From: a virus
Taxonomy: Duplodnaviria > Caudoviricetes
Length of the DNA: 64,000 bases
IMG/VR virus record: IMGVR_UViG_3300048911_000095
Span: 1,188 to 65,187 of that record
Strand: one strand, 5' to 3'
Shown here: piece by piece, positions 57,520 to 64,000 of the stretch
Numbering within the stretch: position 1 is the stretch's first letter
How the letters are laid out: each line of letters starts with the position of its first letter
Notes under the pieces: model-generated
Database searches by the model: none
What the model saw: the letters and a program-made list of their open reading frames with translations, nothing else
Told to the model about the DNA's origin: nothing
Position numbers and translations under genes: made by a program

Positions 57520-57920
57520 TTAAACTGGATTGGGAAGCAATATTTAAGTCGAGGATTCTTTGGATCGCGGTTGGCTTGGTAGTTCTGATAGTGGTCGTAG
57601 CATTTACGATCGACAGGTGTGATACGTGGCGAGAGAATAGAGGTATCGCGAAAGATAAAAAGGTGATTGCGAATCTGGCAAATGAGATCGCTAATCAGTC
57701 GGCCAACATCAATGCGATGGCAGCGAACCGGGATGAAAAGATCGGTGAGTTGCATGTGCTCACCGACAACCTTGCTAACGCATCGAACGCGGATGCTCAA
57801 GCCAGAGCCGAGGCCGATCAAGCTATTGCCAATTTAGAGAAAGCCAGGAATAGCAATTCAAACGTCAATGCGGCGGCTCAAGATGTGGTTAATAAACTGG
57901 ATAAGCTAGATATTCACTAG
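57516..57920 (+). CDS. i-spanin-like protein
   Basis: N-terminal TM plus Ala/Asn-rich coiled coil. Confidence 0.45.
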   Translation: MIKLDWEAIFKSRILWIAVGLVVLIVVVAFTIDRCDTWRENRGIAKDKKVIANLANEIANQSANINAMAANRDEKIGELHVLTDNLANASNADAQARAEADQAIANLEKARNSNSNVNAAAQDVVNKLDKLDIH

Positions 57921-57930
57921 GAGTGGAAAT

Positions 57931-58449
57931 ATGAAAAAGGTTTTGATGTTACTGGCTTTGCTCTTGCTGGCTGTACTGGTTGAGAAACCGCAAACGATTT
58001 CTAATTGTCCGGCGGGAACTGTGTGCTTTACACAGGAACAGGCTAACCGGATCAATAAGGCTCTCGATGAACTGGTAGCCTTGCGAGATGCCTATAATAA
58101 ATTACTGGTCGAACGTGGAACGTCCGATGCAAAAGCTTCCGCATCTCAGGCCGTCATCGACACACAAAATGAGGTTATCGCTCTCGATGTGAAGATGTTC
58201 GCCACCTATGAGCAAGTGGTAGCTCTCTATCAAAAGACGCTGGCCGTGTACGCGGATCTCGTACAGAAGATGGCCGATAAGATCAATAAGCCTAAGTCGG
58301 CTTGGCAAAAGATTCTCGATGCTGCAAAGGTTGTTATTGAAGTGTTGGCCGGAATAGCCATTGGCAGGGCAATAGGTCAAGTGGTTTTCGATCCAGATGT
58401 TGGGAAGTTCCCAACTATGAGGTTTGAATTATTAGGGAGTGAGATATGA
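57931..58449 (+). CDS. spanin-like secreted coiled-coil protein
   Basis: Signal-like N-terminus, coiled coil; no canonical lipobox. Confidence 0.4.
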   Translation: MKKVLMLLALLLLAVLVEKPQTISNCPAGTVCFTQEQANRINKALDELVALRDAYNKLLVERGTSDAKASASQAVIDTQNEVIALDVKMFATYEQVVALYQKTLAVYADLVQKMADKINKPKSAWQKILDAAKVVIEVLAGIAIGRAIGQVVFDPDVGKFPTMRFELLGSEI

Positions 58450-58616
58450 CAATTTTGATCGTCTGGTTACTATGCGGACTCTTGTTCGTTTTGTTTTCAT
58501 TACCGCCGCGGTCACAACCCGGGCGGTTTGATTTCGTTGTCGGCGCTTTCAAGGAACTGGCTGGCTATGCGTTCCTCGCTGCGTCGATCATTCTGTTTTA
58601 CGTTACTTTCAAATGA
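58446..58616 (+). CDS. 56-aa membrane protein (not in ORF track)
   Basis: MTILIVWLLCGLLFVLFS...; GGGAG upstream; ATGA overlap. Confidence 0.45.
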   Translation: MTILIVWLLCGLLFVLFSLPPRSQPGRFDFVVGAFKELAGYAFLAASIILFYVTFK

Positions 58617-58771
58617 CATTTTTGTTAATCGCTTGCAATTCGCTGGTCGATTAACTTATCATCGTTACCGCTATGTGGCAAAAAGAAGTTACAAGGCGTC
58701 TGTTATATCCCATATTCCCGCTTATCGCGTGGGCGTATGATCTGAAAACTACATTTCCAGGAGTGAAAATT

Positions 58772-59134
58772 ATGATTCGAGTCAAAGATGATAATCCAGA
58801 TGTTCCCGTGATCGTGGATCTCGGCGATGGTGTGGATGCTGAGGGATCGGTTGTCCCTGCCAGCGATGGTTCGTACAAGGCAACGCCGTATGCTTCGGAT
58901 AACGAAAGTTCGGTATCGTTGCTAGATGACGGCAACGGTGGTCAGACGGCACATTTCGGTTCGCCGAATGCAGACGGTTCGCCTTCGACGGCCAACCTGA
59001 CGGCACAGGTTATCGAAACCGAAACCGGTAACGTTGTTGGGAACCTCCCGACAGTCTCGGTTGAGGTATCGCATGGTGCGGCGGTGTCGTTTCCCAATGC
59101 GACTACTAAATTGGGTGATCTCACTGATAGTTAA
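58772..59134 (+). CDS. acidic beta-rich (Ig-like) protein with its own promoter
   Basis: TTGCAA-N18-TATCAT at 58633-58662; CAGGAG RBS; start moved to ATG 58772. Confidence 0.55.
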   Translation: MIRVKDDNPDVPVIVDLGDGVDAEGSVVPASDGSYKATPYASDNESSVSLLDDGNGGQTAHFGSPNADGSPSTANLTAQVIETETGNVVGNLPTVSVEVSHGAAVSFPNATTKLGDLTDS

Positions 59135-59174
59135 GTTGAAAAGCTGGCTGTTGGGTTGAGTTTTCTTAGAGCAG

Positions 59175-59203
59175 AAAGAGACAGTTTAGGCTGTCTCTTT
59201 TTT
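59175..59203. terminator. probable bidirectional terminator where the arms converge
   Basis: AAAGAGACAG-TTTAGG-CTGTCTCTTT followed by a T run. Confidence 0.7.
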
Positions 59204-59376
59204 ATTTTTCGATGCTACGAATCTGGTGTAGTAGATATCCGGAAAGCGTTCCATGTGCCGGTCCACTTGAAGTAAGGCGGTTGCGAGAGCCTTGATCTCG
59301 GATGGTGGAATGATCTTTGGTGCGTCATCATCCTCTACCTGTTTCTTTTTCGGCTTGCGTTTTGCTGGCATGGTTA

Positions 59377-59630
59377 TTATGGCCGTCCTAGATCATCCCA
59401 AATCTCGTCAATGTAGTATTCCAATTTAGGATTCTTAACGATGAACCAAGTCGGCACGGTGAAATATAGAATCTTGCCTTGCTCATTTCGCTGTTCGAGT
59501 ATCAGGGATTAGGTATCCAGATTTGCAGATCGTCATCCTGAATAAGTAAGGCTCTCGGTGTTTCCCGTTCGATCAGTTCGGCCGGGAATTGCAGATGAAA
59601 TGTTGATTGGCTTGTGTATGCTGTTTCCAT
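59377..59630 (-). pseudogene. frameshifted tandem paralog of 59633..59923
   Basis: 254 nt; adding one A near 59510 restores IWIPKS...WFI.KN..L..YID..WD..GRP. Confidence 0.65.
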
Positions 59631-59632
59631 AA

Positions 59633-59923
59633 TCAGTCTGGCCGTCCGGCTTCATCCCATCTTTGATCTATGTACTCGGTCAAAGCTTCGTTCTTCTCGA
59701 TGAACCACATCGGCAACGTCATTGACACGATACCGCTATCCTCATTCTCGAAAAGGATCTGCGATTTCGGTATCCAGATCTTCAGGTTGCCGTCATCCAG
59801 CAGCTTTGCCTTTTCGCTTTCTACCTTGATGACGGCCTTGGGGATCTCCAGGAAGAAAGGTTGATTACCCTGTGCGTATTGTCTCTGTCGTGCGTAGTAT
59901 TTTTGTCGTGTTGCTTTGCTCAT
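59633..59923 (-). CDS. hypothetical protein
   Basis: ESEKAKLL...IWIPKSQI motif. Confidence 0.65.
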   Translation of the reverse strand: MSKATRQKYYARQRQYAQGNQPFFLEIPKAVIKVESEKAKLLDDGNLKIWIPKSQILFENEDSGIVSMTLPMWFIEKNEALTEYIDQRWDEAGRPD

Positions 59924-60151
59924 TTATCTTTTCAAAGGTAGTAAGGCCAGATCGTTCATTTGTTGAATCCATTCTTGGATCTCTGGCATTTTCATAATCG
60001 AAAGAAAGGCTATCCGATCCGCGGGATGGCCATTTGGAGATAGAAATTCTTCGGCATGGATAAGAGCCGATCCGAGATTCACTAACAATGTTCCGTTAGG
60101 TTCAAGCGGATCGCCCTTTCTGACAATCGACATCGTTGTTCGTTTTTTCAT
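59924..60151 (-). CDS. hypothetical protein
   Basis: ATGA overlap with the methyltransferase stop. Confidence 0.55.
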   Translation of the reverse strand: MKKRTTMSIVRKGDPLEPNGTLLVNLGSALIHAEEFLSPNGHPADRIAFLSIMKMPEIQEWIQQMNDLALLPLKR

Positions 60152-61362
60152 CGAAATAACCTCTCTTGCGGTATTCCGCCAGGTGCTTTTAATTCGTCCA
60201 AACGCTTTAAGGAACCTATGTAATAGTTCTCAAGCAATTCAGAACCAATATAGGATCGTCCGAGTCGCCATGCACAAACAGCCGTGGAACCAGTTCCCAT
60301 GAAAGGATCATAGACGATACCGCCGACAGGACATCCAGCCTTAATCATCCTTTCAGTCAGATCGGTAGGAAAGGCCGCGAAATGTTGAACCTCTCGCTTT
60401 TCACCATTGGCCGTATTGACATTCCAAGTTGTGGTTGAAGGCGTTTCCGATGGCCATTCGAAATTTAATTCGTAGGTGTCCCATGTTGTTCGAATATTTC
60501 GTTGGCTATCATCGCCCTCGATCACAGTGTTACCGGCTCGGTTATAAGGCACCGAGATATTAGTTTCGCTGTCGTGTAACATCTTTGTTACCCGTGGCTG
60601 AATTGTCTGAGCCTTTTCCAGTTGTTGCTCGAAGTAATATTTCTTCGATTTGGTGAAAAAGAATACTGTCTCATTATCGATGGTAAACCGATCCTTTGCA
60701 GAGGACGGCATGGTCGAACGTTTCCACCAATTACACCAATTACGTTGTATGAATCCAAGTTCGTCGGTCATTACAATCGCCAGCCTTGCAGGAATATTCA
60801 TCAACGATTTTTGTTTAAGTTTAATGTCTTTCGGCAGTAATTTATCGATCACGAACTTTCCACCGCCTCGAACCTTTCCCCCGAGGGATTCAGTTGCACC
60901 GTTACGATTAGAGTTTCGAGCGCCGGCGTATGAGTCCGCGATGTTCACCCACAGCGTTCCGGTCTTTTTGAGAACACGGTGACATTCCGCAAAGATCTGA
61001 ACAAGGTGTTTGATGTAATCCCGGAAGTCAGGTTCCAAACCTAGCTCACCTTTCCATGCTTTGCATTTAATGCACCATTCGGACCTGGTCCTCCGATCTT
61101 TATAACCGACGTATCGTGATCCTTGCCCTTCGGTGTAGGTGATATCGGTAGTTCCCTGTCCACCAGAGCCGTTCGGCCGGGATGTGTATTCTTCCTGCCA
61201 TTCATGCTCACAATCAGCTTTGGCATCCCAGATCTGAGGCTCAGTTCCGTAACATCGGAGGGCATAGTAAGGCGGCGAAGTGATAATGCAGTCGATCGAG
61301 TTATCAGGGAACTTCTTTAACGTGGTCAGGCAAGGCTCATTCCAGATTTTATCTAGTTCCAT
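60148..61362 (-). CDS. N4-cytosine/N6-adenine DNA methyltransferase (beta class)
   Basis: ITSPPY catalytic motif N-terminal to DPFMGTGST. Confidence 0.9.
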   Translation of the reverse strand: MELDKIWNEPCLTTLKKFPDNSIDCIITSPPYYALRCYGTEPQIWDAKADCEHEWQEEYTSRPNGSGGQGTTDITYTEGQGSRYVGYKDRRTRSEWCIKCKAWKGELGLEPDFRDYIKHLVQIFAECHRVLKKTGTLWVNIADSYAGARNSNRNGATESLGGKVRGGGKFVIDKLLPKDIKLKQKSLMNIPARLAIVMTDELGFIQRNWCNWWKRSTMPSSAKDRFTIDNETVFFFTKSKKYYFEQQLEKAQTIQPRVTKMLHDSETNISVPYNRAGNTVIEGDDSQRNIRTTWDTYELNFEWPSETPSTTTWNVNTANGEKREVQHFAAFPTDLTERMIKAGCPVGGIVYDPFMGTGSTAVCAWRLGRSYIGSELLENYYIGSLKRLDELKAPGGIPQERLFR

Positions 61363-61521
61363 ATTGTTTACTTTTCTTCTCTACAAACTTTTGGTATTCC
61401 TTGAGGATATCCCGCCGTGCTTGCTCATGAACCGGAAGCTTTGCAAATTCCTCTATGAATTCATCGACCGTCCTTTGCAACTTCGCACGTTGTAATTTAA
61501 CTCTTACCGTGATCTCATTTT

Positions 61522-62979
61522 TCATAGTTCTTCATCGCAACATTTGATTGTCAGCATCCGGTACATGATCGCTCGGATTACAGTTGTCGTAACCGCATTT
61601 CCGGTTGTCTTATAGCGTTGCGTGGCAGAGATCTTTTTGATCTTGCCATCGGGAAAGCGGCCGTATTCCGTCCAATTGTCCTCGAATCCTTGAAGCCTCT
61701 CACATTCTATTTCGGTAAGCCGTCTGAGGCGATCGCCGTCATAGATCCCGGGTTGTTCTTGAGCCGTGACAGCAAAGGATGGATCACCATCCTCTTTGAC
61801 CTGTCGGCCATTCTGAGACTTCTTTTTCCGTTCAGGTGTTTGAACCGATATGGCTATCACGGCCTGACCAGATCCGTCCTCTCTTGCCCTTGCTGGCAAC
61901 GTTGGTGCAAGATCACCTTTGACCTCGCGAAAGCCCTTGCCGTCATTATGCGTCCGGAGTGTGCCAACCCTGATATCGTCGGCAGTTCTCATGCCCTTTT
62001 TCGTGCTGTCATTGACTATCTGTCGCTTCATGCCTGATTCCATATCGGACGGTGCAGCGCCTTTGTGATAGTTCGCATCCAGCGAGAAACTTATATCTTG
62101 GCCAACAATGGTAGTTCCACCGTCAAATTGACATTGCGGACCTTGGTTTTTTGTTGAGATCGTACCAGATACACATCCGATTGATCCCGATCGATCAACC
62201 TCTGGATCGCCGTCTCCGAAAGGAAATACCGTTCGGCTGGGCATTCTTCCAAAATGTCCGATAATGAACACACGTTCGCGGTTCTGGGGAACTCCGTGGA
62301 ATTGCGAGTTAACACAAGTCCATTCCACGCAATACCCGATTTCTGTAAGCGCAAGGATGATTCGCTTAAGAGCGGTTCCGTCCTGGCTAGAAAAAAGTCC
62401 GGGGACGTTTTCGAGAAAAAAGTGTTTAACGGCTTTCCCCATTTTTTTCCTGGCAACCAGAATCCGAACGATTTCATAAAAGAGGCTACCTCGAAACCCG
62501 TCAAGTCCTGCCCCAGCTCCAGCAATTGAAAAATCCTGGCAAGGAAATCCACCGCACAGAAGATCAAAGTCGGGGATATCTTCTGGAATAAGTCTGGTTG
62601 CGTCTCCAAAGTTTCGATGCTGTGGAAAGTGATACTGCGTGATGGCGTCTGCAAACTGGTCGATCTCGGAGTATCCGACACAAGAGGCGTGTTGTCGCCG
62701 CGGTTTCCGCCTCTTAACGTCCTTACCTGTCCGTCTGTGTGAACTCGGGTTTTCGTTTTGCCCTTGTTCCTCGCTCCGTTGCTGTCCACTATCAGAGGCA
62801 CCCTGTGACCGACTCCCCCTTGATGGTTTCCTGTCTTTCCTACGGACAGCAGCGTTGGGCTTAGTTCCTTGGCTATCCGGTTGTCCGTTTTGCGTCCTTT
62901 CTTCTTGGTATTTTTCATAAGCTTGTTTAATGCCGACAGTAAAGCCGGATATGCCGCAATACATTTCAAAATAGTTCAT
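61522..62979 (-). CDS. C5-cytosine DNA methyltransferase
   Basis: Motif I EMYCGISG, II SEID, IV GFPCQ, VI LENV, VIII QNRERVF, IX RRLT...LQGF, X GNAV. Confidence 0.92.
   Translation of the reverse strand: MNYFEMYCGISGFTVGIKQAYEKYQEERTQNGQPDSQGTKPNAAVRRKDRKPSRGSRSQGASDSGQQRSEEQGQNENPSSHRRTGKDVKRRKPRRQHASCVGYSEIDQFADAITQYHFPQHRNFGDATRLIPEDIPDFDLLCGGFPCQDFSIAGAGAGLDGFRGSLFYEIVRILVARKKMGKAVKHFFLENVPGLFSSQDGTALKRIILALTEIGYCVEWTCVNSQFHGVPQNRERVFIIGHFGRMPSRTVFPFGDGDPEVDRSGSIGCVSGTISTKNQGPQCQFDGGTTIVGQDISFSLDANYHKGAAPSDMESGMKRQIVNDSTKKGMRTADDIRVGTLRTHNDGKGFREVKGDLAPTLPARAREDGSGQAVIAISVQTPERKKKSQNGRQVKEDGDPSFAVTAQEQPGIYDGDRLRRLTEIECERLQGFEDNWTEYGRFPDGKIKKISATQRYKTTGNAVTTTVIRAIMYRMLTIKCCDEEL
62091..62969 (-). 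CDS. overlapping alternative-frame protein inside the C5 methyltransferase gene
   Basis: 292 open codons on the same strand; SLSDILE...RYFLS and TRD-like SPTL / RTLRGG...PLV motifs. Confidence 0.55.
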   Translation of the reverse strand: MKCIAAYPALLSALNKLMKNTKKKGRKTDNRIAKELSPTLLSVGKTGNHQGGVGHRVPLIVDSNGARNKGKTKTRVHTDGQVRTLRGGNRGDNTPLVSDTPRSTSLQTPSRSITFHSIETLETQPDLFQKISPTLIFCAVDFLARIFQLLELGQDLTGFEVASFMKSFGFWLPGKKWGKPLNTFFSKTSPDFFLARTEPLLSESSLRLQKSGIAWNGLVLTRNSTEFPRTANVCSLSDILEECPAERYFLSETAIQRLIDRDQSDVYLVRSQQKTKVRNVNLTVELPLLAKI

Positions 62980-63006
62980 ATTGTTTTTGTTGGGTGGTTC
63001 CCAACT

Positions 63007-63297
63007 TTACCGATAGAGGTTTTTATAACCCAATTCGATGGCTACTATTTCAGCCTCGATCAGATCTTGGCGGCGCCACTCACAGGCTTTGATTATAAGA
63101 GGCACCAGATCTTCCGGAATACCGTGCTTTACCAGTTCTTCGGCCAGCCATGAGACATCTTCCAGTTCTATCAAAGCCTTGTCAGCCTGTAGTCTGGCTG
63201 ACCGCTTAAATCTGGCCATAACAATATCGTAGATATCCGGATTACGGCCTATTGCGAACGCTTGTAGCTCTTTTTCAGAGAAATAGGTATCAGACAT
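63007..63297 (-). CDS. hypothetical protein
   Basis: Co-oriented ORF. Confidence 0.55.
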   Translation of the reverse strand: MSDTYFSEKELQAFAIGRNPDIYDIVMARFKRSARLQADKALIELEDVSWLAEELVKHGIPEDLVPLIIKACEWRRQDLIEAEIVAIELGYKNLYR

Positions 63298-63329
63298 AGG
63301 GTTTGAGGTTTTTAATCAGTACAGAGCCT

Positions 63330-63920
63330 TTATTCGTTTTTCATGCAATGCTCACAATGAGCTACTTTTCCAAGTTTCTGAGCCAAGCCACAGTTCGGGC
63401 ATTCGGGATCAGGTTCTTTCTTGACGCGCTTGGCATTGGCAGTCTGTCTTTGGATCTGCGGACCGGTGGCTTTTGGCCGTGGCCGTTCTCTATAGATCTT
63501 TTCAATGATCGGCCGGGACTTCATTTTAGGCGGCTTGATCTCAGCCTTGGCCGTTGGAAATACCTTCTCACAATTCATCGCGGCTTCCCTGATCGGCATG
63601 TGGACAAACTGTTCATCGCCAAGTCTGATATCAGGGTAATCCGAACCGCCAAAATCGTCCGGTCCCATGTTGGAGATCCTTTCTATGTCTGCCTTTAATA
63701 GATCATCGGCAACTTCATCTATGATCTGTTCAACCGGATCTGGAATCTTATCGGTACAGCATTGCTCGGCTTGGACTTTCATCTCATGCTGAGAATCGCA
63801 TACCTCGCAATGGAAGTTCTGCTTTAACGGCTGTCCGCAACACTCGGACTTACGATCTTCGAATGAGTATTCCGTAAAGCATTCGTCACACTCGAAAACT
63901 ACTTTGTATTTATTTGCCAT
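63330..63920 (-). CDS. multi-CxxC zinc-finger protein
   Basis: CDEC, CCG, CEVC, CPNC, CEHC; AAGGAGG RBS. Confidence 0.7.
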   Translation of the reverse strand: MANKYKVVFECDECFTEYSFEDRKSECCGQPLKQNFHCEVCDSQHEMKVQAEQCCTDKIPDPVEQIIDEVADDLLKADIERISNMGPDDFGGSDYPDIRLGDEQFVHMPIREAAMNCEKVFPTAKAEIKPPKMKSRPIIEKIYRERPRPKATGPQIQRQTANAKRVKKEPDPECPNCGLAQKLGKVAHCEHCMKNE

Positions 63921-64000
63921 CTTGTTCCTCCTTGGGTTGGCGATACGGAATTTCGCGCCAATATGCTACTTCCGAAAGTTCAAAATCGTATTCATCGCTG

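Larger units (their letters stand above)
2962..63005. repeat. dispersed 17-bp palindrome family, 15 copies
   Basis: GTTGG(G/A/T)-N5-CCCAAC-type sites at 2962, 6430, 9364, 10725, 15347, 21160, 22464, 30933, 38808, 42847, 50080, 55082, 58399, 59036, 62989. Confidence 0.9.

Noticed and set aside
2962-63005. 17-bp repeats as a CRISPR array or REP elements
   Set aside because: Copies are isolated and kb apart, with no spacers or cas genes; their placement at gene starts fits operators better.
1-64000. tRNA genes, integrase/att site, prophage boundary or stop-codon recoding
   Set aside because: None recognised. Genes read intact in code 11 and the whole window looks phage-derived; lifestyle cannot be determined from this part.

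Overview
The window is a 64-kb segment of a tailed dsDNA phage with siphovirus-type morphogenesis genes. No integrase, tRNA, CRISPR array or reverse transcriptase was recognised. Two arms diverge from a mostly non-coding hub at about 21-23 kb. Leftward (minus strand) are a cluster of small early or host-takeover genes (14-21 kb), then recombination and replication genes (SSAP-like, Gp157-like, initiator, DnaB, RecU-like resolvase, SF2 helicase). Rightward (plus strand) are small genes, terminase, portal, head, tail with a GGGAAAG -1 frameshift, tape measure, tail tip, an accessory virion operon and lysis genes. These converge at about 59.2 kb on a second minus-strand block carrying two DNA methyltransferases. 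Main observations: (1) an ~850-nt, apparently highly structured non-coding RNA (21029-21875, minus) driven by a near-consensus promoter and sitting directly in front of the early operon; (2) a 17-bp palindrome, consensus GTTGGGAA(C/G)TTCCCAAC, found 15 times genome-wide, mostly at gene or operon starts; (3) a tail-tip protein ending in an intein-like Hint domain; (4) a C5 methyltransferase gene that appears to be dual-coding over ~880 nt; (5) a predicted ~95-nt sRNA carrying the 16S-like anti-Shine-Dalgarno sequence ACCUCCUUA; (6) an ADP-ribosyltransferase-like early gene. All product names come from motifs recognised by eye, and RNA structures from manual pairing. Neither was checked with database searches or folding software.
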